Below, in pieces: positions 20,829 through 31,000 of a stretch of DNA of 64,000 nt (position 1 is the stretch's first letter; the number at the start of each line of letters is the position of its first letter). This DNA comes from Gaiellales bacterium (GTDB lineage: Bacteria; Actinomycetota; Thermoleophilia; BMS3ABIN01), in contig QZKG01000022.1 in assembly GCA_003599855.1 (NCBI GenBank), forward strand, positions 29,927 to 93,926, in the 5' to 3' direction. A program made the position numbers and the translations under genes. Below the pieces are notes generated by a model. It saw only the letters and a list, made by a program, of their open reading frames with translations, did not search any database and had not been told where the DNA came from.

Positions 20829-23506
20829 TCCCCGCGCCCGCTCCCAGCCCCTGCCGCCAGCTCCTCATCGACCAGCTCACGCGCCAGCTCCCGCTCCTCC
20901 TCGTCGCCGGTGATGGCGCCCTCCAGCCGGCCCCGCTTGAGCCGCATCAGGATCCTGCCCACCGCGGGGGATTCCCGCATGCCCATCTCGATGAGGTCGG
21001 CCCCGCTGACGGTCACCTCCGTCTGGCGCAGCTCATCGAGGTAGAGCTCGATGGCTGCCCGGGCCTCTTCCCGCTCCGCCAGGGCGTATGTCAGTATGAG
21101 AGCCTCCGCCGGCAGCCGCGACAGGAGCTCGTATATCTCCGGGCGCGTCTGCCTCCGGGCGTCCAGGTGGTCCACCACCTTGCGCGAGAGCACTACGCTG
21201 GAGAGGATATTGTCAGCGTCCGTGCGCCGGAGCTTGAGCTTCCCGGTCCAGAGGTCCAGCGGCCCGGCCTCCATCCCCCGGGCCAGGCAGGCCAGCCGCA
21301 GGCGCCAGGGCCGGATGTCGTCGAGCAGGTGGAAGCGCCGCGCGGCCGCGTCGGCGCGCTCCACGATCGCCGCTGTCCGGCCATCGAAGGCCAGTTCGGG
21401 GTGGATCGACGGCGCCAGCCCCAGCTCGGCGATGCGGGTTATCGTGTAGCCGACCTCCGGCTCGGAGAACAGCCAGATGAGTTCGTCCCTCAGGCGCGCC
21501 GAGGACAGGTCGCCCACCAGGTTCATCTCCACGCACCCCCGGGCCAGTTCCCGGGTATGGGCGTTCATGCGGAAGCCCAGGCGGTTCTCGTAGCGCACCG
21601 CCCGGAAGATCCGCGTCGGGTCCTCGATGAAGCTCAGGTTGTGCAGCACCCGGATGACGCGGTTGTCGATGTCCGCCAGGCCGCCGAAGAAGTCCAGCAG
21701 CCTGCCGAAATCGTGCGCCGAGAGCGACACCGCCATGGCGTTGATGGTGAAATCGCGGCGGTAGAGGTCGCGCTTGATGGAGGAGTGCTCCACCGTCGGC
21801 AGCGCCGCCGGGTAGTCATAGAACTCGGTCCGCGTGGTGGCCACGTCCACCCTCAGGCCCGGCTTGAGCGCGTCGAGGATGACCACGGCGGTGTTGAACT
21901 TGCGGTGCGCCCGCACGCGCCCGCCCAGCTCCCCGGCCAGCTGCCGGGCGAACTCGATGCCGTCCCCCTCCACGGCGATGTCCACGTCGTAGTTGGCCTC
22001 GCCCAGGATGAGGTCGCGCACGAAGCCGCCCACCAGGTAGACGCCGCGGAAACCGGTGCTCAACCGCTGGACCGCCTCCATCAGCTCCGCCAGCTCCTTC
22101 TTGTAGACGAGCCGGTCCCGCAGGTCCAGCTCCACCGCCCGGAGGCCGTCGAAGGATTCCTCCCGCGACACTTCATGGAGCGTGCGTAGCACGTCGGTGC
22201 GGGTGACGATGCCGCTGACCCCGTCCACCGGCACGGGCTCGCCGGCGCCGTACCGTCGGGAGGTCACGGGGAAGCGGCCGGTATCGCTGGCGGCCATCAG
22301 CCGCCTGAGCTCGTGGACGGTGGTGTCCTCGGTGACGGTCCTCACCCCCCGCGACATGATGCCCTTCACAGGCGCGTGGCGCAGCTTGTGGGCCACCGCC
22401 TTGTCCAGGTCCTTGCGGGCGACGATGCCGGCGAGCATGCCGTCCTCGCTCACCGAGACGCCGCTGTGGCCGTAGCGCTGGCAGAAGGCGAGGGCCTCGC
22501 CGATGGGCATCTCGATGTCAACGAAGTGCACCGGCCGCGACATGATGTCCCTGGCCCTGAGGGGCTCCTCCATCACCGCCGGCAGGCTGCCCACGATCAG
22601 GTCCCGCGTCTCATCGAGGCTCTTTCCCCTGACGATGGCCGAGGATGCCTGGCTGTGGCCGCCGCCTCCCACCGGCCTTAGCGCCTTGGCCACATCCAGC
22701 AGCCGGCTCTTGCTGCGGCCCACCACGAAGGTGCGGTCCTCCATCTCCACGGCGACGATGAGCGCCTGGCAGTCAGTGATGTCCATTATCTTGTGGGCGA
22801 CGACGCTGAGGCCCTCCACATAGACGGGGCTCGACGCGGAGGCGTAGAAGACATCCACGTCCCCCACCGTCACCGGCTCGAGGTTGTCCACCAGCTGAAG
22901 CATCAGCCCCATCTGCTCCTCGCTCACCGGGTTGTGCAGGTACTTGCCGATGAAGCTCTGACTGGCGCCCAGGCGCATGCAGATGGCCAGGGCCTCGGCG
23001 TCGCGGGTGGTGGTTGTGGGGAAGGTCAGCGAGCCGGTGTCCTCGTGGATGCCCAGGGCAAAGATGGTGGCCTCCAGGGGCGATATCTCCATCTGGCGGT
23101 CGTGGATGATCTTGAGCATGGTGGTGACCAGCGAGCCGTCCCCGGAGAGGACATAGTTCTCCGGCGAGACGAAGCCGGGCCGCTCCGAGGCCGCCCCCAG
23201 CCGGTGGTGGTCGAAGACGATGGCCTCGACGTCCTCCCGGCCGCACAGGCGCTCGAACTCGCCGATGCGGTTGCAATGGGCGGTGTCCACGATGATCAGG
23301 CGCCGGACAGCGTCCAGGTCGACCATGGAGCTCTCCACCGCGTCGATCTCGTCGGCATGGAGGTTGTAGAACTCGCGCACGTTGCGGTTTAGTGAGCCGG
23401 GGAAGCAGATCTTGGCCTCCGGGTAGAGCCGGGCGGCGGCTATCGAGGCGGCAAAGCCGTCGAAGTCGGTATTGGCGTGGGTCGTTATTATCTCGGGGAT
23501 GTTCAT
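20825..23506 (-). CDS. Multidomain DHH/DHHA1 phosphoesterase + tandem CBS + tRNA nucleotidyltransferase/poly(A) polymerase-family protein (CBS-domain CCA-adding-enzyme-like), 893 aa
   Basis: N-terminal DHH motifs (IVDTAHCN...DHH), central CBS pairs, C-terminal Pol-beta NTase core (GGFVRDLILG...DVDIAV) and HD/CCA head-domain regions. Confidence 0.8.
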   Translation of the reverse strand: MNIPEIITTHANTDFDGFAASIAAARLYPEAKICFPGSLNRNVREFYNLHADEIDAVESSMVDLDAVRRLIIVDTAHCNRIGEFERLCGREDVEAIVFDHHRLGAASERPGFVSPENYVLSGDGSLVTTMLKIIHDRQMEISPLEATIFALGIHEDTGSLTFPTTTTRDAEALAICMRLGASQSFIGKYLHNPVSEEQMGLMLQLVDNLEPVTVGDVDVFYASASSPVYVEGLSVVAHKIMDITDCQALIVAVEMEDRTFVVGRSKSRLLDVAKALRPVGGGGHSQASSAIVRGKSLDETRDLIVGSLPAVMEEPLRARDIMSRPVHFVDIEMPIGEALAFCQRYGHSGVSVSEDGMLAGIVARKDLDKAVAHKLRHAPVKGIMSRGVRTVTEDTTVHELRRLMAASDTGRFPVTSRRYGAGEPVPVDGVSGIVTRTDVLRTLHEVSREESFDGLRAVELDLRDRLVYKKELAELMEAVQRLSTGFRGVYLVGGFVRDLILGEANYDVDIAVEGDGIEFARQLAGELGGRVRAHRKFNTAVVILDALKPGLRVDVATTRTEFYDYPAALPTVEHSSIKRDLYRRDFTINAMAVSLSAHDFGRLLDFFGGLADIDNRVIRVLHNLSFIEDPTRIFRAVRYENRLGFRMNAHTRELARGCVEMNLVGDLSSARLRDELIWLFSEPEVGYTITRIAELGLAPSIHPELAFDGRTAAIVERADAAARRFHLLDDIRPWRLRLACLARGMEAGPLDLWTGKLKLRRTDADNILSSVVLSRKVVDHLDARRQTRPEIYELLSRLPAEALILTYALAEREEARAAIELYLDELRQTEVTVSGADLIEMGMRESPAVGRILMRLKRGRLEGAITGDEEERELARELVDEELAAGAGSGRGE

Positions 23507-23572
23507 GTCAAGCCTGCCATCCTGGATCCGGGAGACTCTCGTCTGATCACGCTATGCAAATCCGGCCTCCGC

Positions 23573-23617
23573 TGTCATCCTGAGCCGGCGCGCGGCGCCT
23601 CAACTGTCATCCTGAGC
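23573..23617 (+). repeat. Module-1 repeat: two direct copies of CUGUCAUCCUGAGC
   Basis: Same 12-mer again at 25689..25700, with a degenerate copy at 25717..25730 immediately after tRNA-Gln. Confidence 0.5.
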
Positions 23618-23652
23618 CCGAGCGCAGCGAGTGCGAAGGATCTATGTCTTAA

Positions 23653-23700
23653 CGGTTTTCTCCCGCATAAAGATTATACCTGCCAGGGCAGGGCATCATT
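23653..23700 (+). repeat. Module-2 repeat (CGGUUUUCUCCCGCAUAAAGAUUAUACCUGCCAGGGCAGGGCAUCAUU); second copy at 26811..26856
   Basis: ~80% identity over ~46 nt between the two copies. Confidence 0.5.
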
Positions 23701-23714
23701 CTACTAAAGCGTCT

Positions 23715-23768
23715 GGGGGTATTGCGTAGCGAAGGCTCGCAGTGTTGCCTGAGCCAGCAATGCTCCCG
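23715..23768 (+). repeat. Intergenic structured repeat, module 3 (GGGGGUAUUGCGUAGCGAAGGCUCGCAGUGUUGCCUGAGCCAGCAAUGCUCCC), copy 1
   Basis: Near-identical reverse-complement copy at 36382..36440; partial variant at 33996..34026. Predicted 10-bp closing stem plus two internal hairpins. Confidence 0.6.
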
Positions 23769-25499
23769 GCGCGCAGTATTTCTGCTATCCTTGGCTCTGT
23801 GAACGACCAGACCACATCCCCGTCCGGGCGCAGCGACTTCATCCGTGAGATCGTCGCCGCCGACCTGCGCGAAGGCCGCCACGAGGCCGTCGTCACCCGC
23901 TTCCCGCCGGAGCCCAACGGCTACCTCCACATCGGCCACGCCAAGTCCATCTGCCTCAATTTCGGCATCGCCCGGGAGTTCGACGGCCGCTGCCACCTGC
24001 GCTTCGACGACACCAACCCGGTGAAAGAGGAGCAGGAGTACATCGACGCCATCGAGGCCGACGTCCGCTGGCTGGGGTTCGACTGGGGCGAACACCTGTA
24101 CTTCGCCTCCGACTACTTCGAGCAGCTCTACGATTGGGCCTGCCACCTGGTTAAGAACGGCAAGGCCTACGTGGACGACCTCAGCGCCGACGAGATCCGC
24201 GAGCACCGGGGCACGCTCACCGAGCCGGGCCGTGAGAGCCCCTGGCGGGACCGCCCGGCGGAGGAGAGCCTCGACCTGCTGGAGCGCATGCGCGCCGGCG
24301 AGTTCCCCGATGGTTCGCGCGTGCTCAGGGCGCGCATCGACATGAGCTCGGGGAACATCAACCTGCGCGACCCCGTGCTCTACCGCATCCTCCACTCGGC
24401 GCACCCGCGTACCGGCGATGCCTGGTGCATCTACCCGACTTACGATTTCGCCCACGGGCAATCCGACGCCATCGAGGGCATCACCCATTCTATCTGCACC
24501 CTGGAGTTCCAGGACCACCGGCCGCTCTACGACTGGCTGATCGAGAACCTGCCGGTGCCCTCGCGGCCGCGCCAGTACGAGTTCGCGCGGCTCAACCTCA
24601 CCCATACCGTCCTCTCCAAGCGCACGCTTATGCGCCTGGTGAACGACGGCCACGTGCGCGGCTGGGACGACCCCAGGATGCCGACGCTCACGGGCCTCAG
24701 GCGGCGCGGGTTCCCCGCCGAGGGGATCCGCGACTTCGCCAACGCGGTGGGCGTCGCCAAAAACGAGGGCGTGGTGGAAGTCGGGGTGCTGGAGCATGCC
24801 GTGCGGGACGTGCTCAACCGCCAGGCGCTCAGGCGCTTCGCTGTCCTCAATCCCCTGAAGGTGGTCATCGAGAACTACCCCGAAGGCCAGGTCGAGGAGA
24901 TGGAAGCGGTCAACAACCCGGAGGACCCCTCCGCCGGCACCCGCCCCGTGCCCTTCACGCGGGAGCTCTGGATCGAGCGGGACGACTTCATGGAGGAGCC
25001 GCCGCGCAAGTTCTTCCGCCTGGCCCCCGGCCGCGAGGTGCGGCTCAGGTATGCTTACTTCATCACTTGCCGGGAGGTCGTGAAGGACGGCGAGGGCGAA
25101 ATCGTCGAGCTTAAGTGCACCTACGACCCGGAGACCCGCGGCGGGGACGCCCCCGATGGGCGCCGCGTCAAGGCCACCCTCCACTGGCTCTCGACGGCCC
25201 ACGCGCTAAACGCGGAGGTCCGGCTCTACGACCACCTCTTCCGTGAGCCTTATCCCGGCTCGGACGGCCGCGATGCGTTCGAGGACCTGAACCCCGAATC
25301 CGAGACCGTGCTGCATGACTGCTTCATCGAGCCCGCTCTGGCCGAGCTGCCCACCGGCGAGGCCGTGCAGTTCGAACGGCTGGGCTACTTCTGCCCCGAT
25401 CCGGATTCAGCGCCGGACGCGCCCGTGTTCAACCGGACGCTCACGCTGAGGGACACCTGGGCGAAGCTGCAGGCGCAGGGAAAGCAGGACAAGGCCTGA
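23760..25499 (+). CDS. glnS: Glutaminyl-tRNA synthetase
   Basis: HIGH motif [23 protein letters not shown]-type motif, [12 protein letters not shown]-terminus like E. coli GlnRS. Starts 23742/23760 lie inside an intergenic repeat. GTG 23799 is a plausible true start. Confidence 0.9.
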   Translation: MLPARSISAILGSVNDQTTSPSGRSDFIREIVAADLREGRHEAVVTRFPPEPNGYLHIGHAKSICLNFGIAREFDGRCHLRFDDTNPVKEEQEYIDAIEADVRWLGFDWGEHLYFASDYFEQLYDWACHLVKNGKAYVDDLSADEIREHRGTLTEPGRESPWRDRPAEESLDLLERMRAGEFPDGSRVLRARIDMSSGNINLRDPVLYRILHSAHPRTGDAWCIYPTYDFAHGQSDAIEGITHSICTLEFQDHRPLYDWLIENLPVPSRPRQYEFARLNLTHTVLSKRTLMRLVNDGHVRGWDDPRMPTLTGLRRRGFPAEGIRDFANAVGVAKNEGVVEVGVLEHAVRDVLNRQALRRFAVLNPLKVVIENYPEGQVEEMEAVNNPEDPSAGTRPVPFTRELWIERDDFMEEPPRKFFRLAPGREVRLRYAYFITCREVVKDGEGEIVELKCTYDPETRGGDAPDGRRVKATLHWLSTAHALNAEVRLYDHLFREPYPGSDGRDAFEDLNPESETVLHDCFIEPALAELPTGEAVQFERLGYFCPDPDSAPDAPVFNRTLTLRDTWAKLQAQGKQDKA

Positions 25500-25573
25500 A
25501 AGCATCTTCATGCAACTGGCTTGAGTCAGGCCCCATCGCACGCTAGACTCTGATTGTGCGCTCCACGCACCGC

Positions 25574-25648
25574 TGGCGAGTGGCCTAATGGTAAGGCACC
25601 TGACTCTGGATCAGGGGATTGAAGGTTCGAGTCCTTCCTCGCCAGCCA
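25574..25648 (+). tRNA. tRNA-Gln (anticodon CUG), CCA encoded
   Basis: UGGCGAG acceptor; D-arm GCC-UAAUGGUAA-GGC; anticodon stem CCUGA/UCAGG with loop CUCUGGA; T-arm GAAGG-UUCGAGU-CCUUC; CUCGCCA-G-CCA. Matches the bacterial tRNA-Gln pattern (GGUAAGGCACC). Confidence 0.95.
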
Positions 25649-25690
25649 CGTTGCCCTCCTATCCGAATCTTCGATGAGCGCCCCTTGCTG

Positions 25691-26770
25691 TCATCCTGAG
25701 TCCGAACACCCCTTATTGTCATCCTCGATCAGGTTGAGGATAAGGCCGATCATCAGCTCCTTCTGCCTGGCTTCGCTCTCAGCGACCAGCAGCGCCAGGG
25801 CTACCATGGCATTATCCGCCAGGCGCGGATTGCCATCCGGCCGCAGCAGCAAGCTGTTCCGCCGCAGGTACTCCAAAAAAAGCAGCGTACCGATGCGCTT
25901 GTTGCCGTCGACAAAAGGATGATCCTTGATAACGAGGTAAAGCAGATTTGCTGCTCGCGCCTGCACCGTGGGATAGAGCAACTCGCCACCGGAAGTCTGC
26001 TCGATGGCACCCAGAATAGCACTGAGATGCTCACCGCGCTCCTGACCGAATATGCCCGTTGCCTCACCTCGCGAAGAAAGCGCAGCCCTGAGTTATTCAA
26101 TGGCAACCCGCGCTTCGATTAACGTAAGCTCCGCTGTTGGCTGAACCGGCCGTGCCGGCGCTTCGGCCAACCGGTCCTCGTCATATTGGAGTAGCAGTTT
26201 CCAGGCACGCGTATATTGCTCTACGATTTCCAGAATCGCTCGCCCTTCATCCGCAACCAGTTCATTGCGGGAAAGCGTTCGGGAGAGCAGCGCTACAGCC
26301 TGCTCTATTTCGCTGAACCCCTTTGCACTGATCCGCTTCTCGTTGATCGTGAAACCGCGCAGCAGATGATCGCGCAGGGTCCTGGTCGCCCAGATACGGA
26401 ACTGGGTGCCGCGCTTGGAATTTACACGATAACCAACAGAGAGAATGGCATCGAGGTTGAAGTGTTCGATCTCACGTACCACCTGGCGCTCACCCTCGAT
26501 TTGAACTGTTGCATTTTTTGCAACGGTTGCCTCTCGCTCCAACTCTCCCGTTCGAAAAATAGTGCCTAGGTGTCGGGATATAACAGATTTATCCCGCTCA
26601 AAAAGGTCTGATATTTGCGTCAGGGTCAGCCAGACCGTCTCCTCTTCGAGGCGAACATCAAGCTCCACCTGACCATCTGGTGATTCATAAAGGATGATTT
26701 CACCCTCGGAACCGTTCAAACCGGACCTCCGCGAAATAGCTTCCACAAGGGGTGGCAATTCCCGACGCAA
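25691..26770 (-). pseudogene. RhuM-family / Fic-Doc family protein interrupted by one in-frame TAA (26093..26095)
   Basis: N-terminal RhuM-like domain (GEIILYESPDGQVELDVRLEEETVWLTLTQ...). After the TAA the same frame continues into LRAALSSRGE...IKDHPFVDGNKRIGTLL (Fic/Doc motif HxFxDGNKR). The two track ORFs 26093..26770 and 25691..25981 are one frame. Confidence 0.7.
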
Positions 26771-26869
26771 TCAATGCTCACTGACTTTAATCGGCATTAG
26801 CGGTTTTCTCTCACGGCGAGATTATACCTGCCGGACGGTGTCATTATTTTTGGAAGCTCTTATTACCTT

Positions 26870-27125
26870 CAGGGGAATTAGGGACAGCATACCTATTTAT
26901 CCCAATGTCGGATCACGCTTCGCTGATCCGACCTACAGCTGTGCTGTCCTGCATACAAATAAGGGCAAAATAAGGGGACAAAATAAGGGGACACCATACT
27001 TATTTATCCAATCGTTTCAATGAATCAGTATGGTGTCCCCTTGTTTCGATCCATACCTATTTATCCAATCGTTTCAATGAATTAGGTAAGGTATCCCCTT
27101 ATTTCCGTGTCCCCTTATTTCCCGC
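26870..27125. repeat. Palindrome-rich MITE/PATE-like repeat cluster inserted into the IS3 orfB
   Basis: Hairpin GTCGGATCA-N7-CTGATCCGAC. 13-bp inverted repeat GGGGACACCATAC...GTATGGTGTCCCC flanking 35 nt. Direct repeats CATACYTATTTATCCAATCGTTTCAATGAAT (x2 plus a partial). ATAAGGGGACA x2 and its inverse x2. Confidence 0.55.
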
Positions 27126-27722
27126 TGCTCGTCGGTGGTGCGCCGGTAGCCGTAGCCTGTGTGTTTCACGGCGATCCGCTCCAAGGGCCCCCTCAAGGCC
27201 CGGCGCTTCTCCTCGTAGTCACATGCGTGTCTTAGGTGGTAATAGAAGGTGGAGCGCGGCAAATCAAACACCGAGAGCGCGGCCGGCAGACCGAAGTCGG
27301 CCTGAGTCTCCTTGACCTTGGCGACCTTCTCGCTGGTGCTCATGCGCCCCGGCCCAAGAAGTTTTTTAAAAGGACGATCTCGACTTCCTTTTTGCCCAGC
27401 AGCCGTTCCATCTCTGCGAGCTTTTCTCCACTTCGTTTTGCGAGCTTTCATTTTCGAAGATCTGGGGGCCTTGCTCCAGAAAGCGTTTCTTCCAGAGCCC
27501 CACCGAGTTGGGATGAACTCCGTACGCCTTGGCGATCTGCGCCGGTGTTTTCTCGCCGGAGATAAGTTCCAGTACTACCTGGAATTTGAGCCTGGGGGAA
27601 ATCCTCCTGCCACTTTTTGCCATAGAATTTGACCTCCTTCGCTGGCGAGAATCGTATCATTCCCGCCGGTCGTCCGGAGGTCAAATCTCACAATTTGGAA
27701 GTGTCCAAGATTTGGGGGTCAT
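27125..27722 (-). mobile_element. IS3-family insertion sequence remnant (left end and orfA intact, orfB truncated after ~70 codons)
   Basis: OrfA 27366..27623 (HTH transposase MAKSGRRISPRLKFQVVLELISGEKTPAQIAKAYGVHPNSVGLWKKRFLEQG). A6C slippery site at ~27361-27371 with OrfB in the -1 frame (...ALSVFDLPRSTFYYHLRHA...). Putative IRL beginning TGACCCCCAAATC at 27722. Confidence 0.75.
27366..27623 (-). CDS. IS3-family transposase OrfA
   Basis: See mobile element. Confidence 0.8.
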   Translation of the reverse strand: MAKSGRRISPRLKFQVVLELISGEKTPAQIAKAYGVHPNSVGLWKKRFLEQGPQIFENESSQNEVEKSSQRWNGCWAKRKSRSSF

Positions 27723-27732
27723 ATCCGATCGC

Positions 27733-28053
27733 TCAGGTGTTTAGCTGGGTTGCTGCAAGAAAACCCATCACAATAATAAATATCCAAACTCCCATGATAA
27801 TGAGCGGTAACATGATGACTATATGTAATGCATTATTATAACGATCACAATAAATGTGCTTGTTCAGCAAGAGCCAGTATGGAATAGCTTGAAAAGCGTA
27901 GGTAAATACTATTGCTGCCAGTAACAATCCCGGTGTGAATGTATCCCTTGTGATGATTGTAACTACAAGACTCCAGATGAGGACATTCCCCAGCCATATC
28001 ATCAGACTGATGAAGAAGCGTTTTCGAAGAGGTTTGTTTATCTGTCCCATCAT
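27733..28053 (-). CDS. Small AT-rich integral membrane protein (3 TM), hypothetical; co-oriented 37 nt downstream of the large secreted protein gene
   Basis: Hydrophobic 106-aa ORF. Local GC is far below the genome average. Confidence 0.45.
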   Translation of the reverse strand: MMGQINKPLRKRFFISLMIWLGNVLIWSLVVTIITRDTFTPGLLLAAIVFTYAFQAIPYWLLLNKHIYCDRYNNALHIVIMLPLIIMGVWIFIIVMGFLAATQLNT

Positions 28054-28089
28054 GCTGTCTCCCTCACTCGGCTTTCGCTTCTCGGTTCT

Positions 28090-31000
28090 CTATGGCAGCT
28101 GTCCCGGGAACCAGTACTCTCTTTGAGCATCATCCTTGCAGCTTGCGTACGATATCGTCGTGAAGTTACTGATGTTTGAAGGTACATAGTATTTGAGCAT
28201 GATCGTCTCGCTTGCGCCCGGCATGAGGTTGCCTGTTGTTAGCGGCAGAGGCGTCACCACGTTTACGGACGAAGGCGTGCAGAACGATGCGTGGACTGTG
28301 GGTTCGAATGCCTCTCCGGTGCCGGTATTCTTCATCGAGTAGTCGATGGAAAGTCTCCGGTTATAGTAGTCGTCCCAGCTGGCCCAGTAGACTCGCTTTT
28401 TTGTCCAGTTGAGAGAGGGAATGGTGGTAGCCACCTCAGCTACGTTGGATAGTTCCGATCGACGCAGGACTTCATCCTCGGCTTTCAGGGCAAAGTAATA
28501 CATCGTTCCCGCCTTGAGGCCGGTTATTGTTACTGTCTCGGGGGAGCCTGCCGGCTGGGGCAGCGGGATGATCTCGACAAGCTCGGCTTCCTTCCAGTTC
28601 ATCTCTGTGATGGGAGTTTCAGAATACCGTACGTCATAGTACTGGGCGCTGCCGGCGTTGCCATCGTCTCCTGGAGCCGTGAATGATATCGTGACGGTAT
28701 CGGATGAGGCACTGACGAGTGACAGGTCGCTGACCGCCGCCGGCGGATTCAGGTCGATATCATGATGGGCGATGCTGTCTGGTGGGCGTAGCTCATCGAC
28801 AACGCCGTCGCCCTCGCTGTCGACCTGAAGTTGATAGTCAGCGTTCCGCGCCAGTTCCAGATGGACTCTCGTCGATGCGTTCACCGGTACAGCCACATAG
28901 TTGACGGTATCCGCCGAGTTTGTGGTTTTGTCCGGTGAGCCGACCGTAAAATCGAAGGTGCCTTCGCCGGTGCCTTCAAGTTCGAAACGATAACCGGCAG
29001 AAGCGTCGCCGCCGTGGATGATGATGGTCTTGCGGTGCAGTTCGGGTATCTCAATATATTCAGCGCCTGGGATCTGCTCGTCGAGGCTCCCGGCTTCATT
29101 TATCCCCACGTGGTTGCCGGCTGAATCGTAGAGGTGGATATCCACCGGAGAAGCGACGCTGCCGTAAGTATCGCTTGCGGACACTCCGGCACACTGCGGG
29201 TCGCCATTGTTACAAAGCCCGTCGGACCAGGAGAAGGGATCGTCCCACCTGCCGCTGTGCTCTGGTGCGGCTGCGGGGCCTTGGGGAGCATCCAGCCAAG
29301 GTACACCCACTATCTCTCCCCACGCACCCTGATACGCAAGCCACCCATAAGGTCCGCCAACCAGGCTGCCGACACGCGCTGAGCCCACATCGGGAAGGAC
29401 TTCGACCTGTGGTTCAAGAGGCCCATTAGCAGTTTTTTCAGTCGTGTCGTTTGGGTCAAAAGGAAAATCATCAACTGGAACCGTGTGCACACCAGCAATG
29501 AAATATGTCGCATGTGATCCTTTTGCGATATATACGATAGGATGATCGCCCCGTTTTTCAACATATGACCAATCACCTTTAATGCCGCCAAGGTGCTGGC
29601 TAAGAGAGACGCTCTCTGGCGACAATTCACCCAGACCTTCGAGGTCAACCTGGACCATCTCCCAGTCACCTTCGTGAAAGTTGCCGAAATTAGTGAAGAA
29701 CCCGAAAGTATTGAAGTAGTAGAGCATCCAATACTGAAGGGCAACCCTGTCGCCCGTCGAGTTGCGTGTGACTCTGGCGTAATAGAGCTCGGGATAGTTA
29801 TATTGAGACAGCAAATTATTGTATGGATTTACGAAATGATACTTCAAAGTCCACTCTGTCCATCGAGCATCTATCCATGAAGACCTGACATTCCCCGGCA
29901 AATCGATGTACTTCCCTCCATCTGGATTACCTGGTTCATCACTCGCACCGAAATAGTTGCCGAGTGATCCAAGAGATAATTCGGGCCACACCAACAGGGT
30001 ATTATCAGGCCAGTTGTCTATGCGCTCCATCAGTTTCGCTCCCTCCCCATCGACGAACATGCCTACCGGCCGCGGCTGAAAGTACTCCTCGTGGTGCAGA
30101 TACAAGTAGGGCGCATACCTCTCCGCCAGTTCCTGCGCCCTGTCACCAAGGCGGTTGTGATAGAGGTTGCGCACCCCGTCCCGGTCGTCGCTCCAGACTA
30201 TGTGCGTCCCGGAGACGACGGGATTGATGGCCAGCACCGGGCTCCTTGACACCTGCTGGGTCTCACCCGTAGCGAGGTCGTGGAGGTAGACCTGTGGTGG
30301 GGCGCCGCGGGGGTTGGCTGCATCCCAGACGACCTTGTCGTGCGAGTCGGTGTCGATGTCGAGGCTCTCTCCTTCCATGCTGCTGATCAGCTGAGGTTGT
30401 GCCGCAGGTTCGTTCAGGTCGAGGACGTAGACCCCCACGTCGGGGTCGCCCAGCGAGCCTTTTCGGAAGGCGAGGGTATCGCCGGCCAGGGAGTAGCTGT
30501 CAGCAGCACCGACGACGCGTTCGGCGCTGCCGTCCAGTTTTCTGGCTTTCAGTTCCGTCTGGCCGGAAGACGAGTCCTTCCAGGTGACCCAGGAGCCGGA
30601 GATGTCCGGTTCGTACTGCTTGTCGGGCAGAGCCGCTACCGGCTGGGCGCCGGCTCCGGGGTTGTCCAGATCATAGAGGTAGATGTCGGGGTTGGTGGAT
30701 GAGTACCGCTCGTTCTGGAAGGCTATCTTGTGGCCGCTTAAGGCGATCTCCCAGGGGTTGAAGCCGCTCAAGGGTATGGCATTGTCCAGGCAACCGGTCT
30801 CAGGGCAGCCGTTACCGAGGAATGTGTAGTGGATCTGTCTGGTCGTGCCGCTCTGTTCGAGCCAGACGACGAGGTCGCCGTCGATCAGGGGGCTCGACTG
30901 GGTGATATTGCTGGCCAACTAGGGAACCGGCAGGTAAGTCGGATTGGCCGGATCGGAGATATCCCTGAAGACGATGCGGTAACGGGCGCTGCCATTATAG

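Noticed and set aside
23649-25202. 517-aa minus-strand ORF opposite glnS.
   Set aside because: Antisense shadow of glnS in high-GC DNA. No conserved motifs, whereas the plus strand encodes a complete GlnRS.
19096-30921. Alternative genetic code (UGA, UAA or UAG reassigned) as the explanation for in-frame stops.
   Set aside because: All three stop types are used as genuine terminators of well-conserved genes in this same window. The lesions involve three different codons and two of them lie in a low-GC island.
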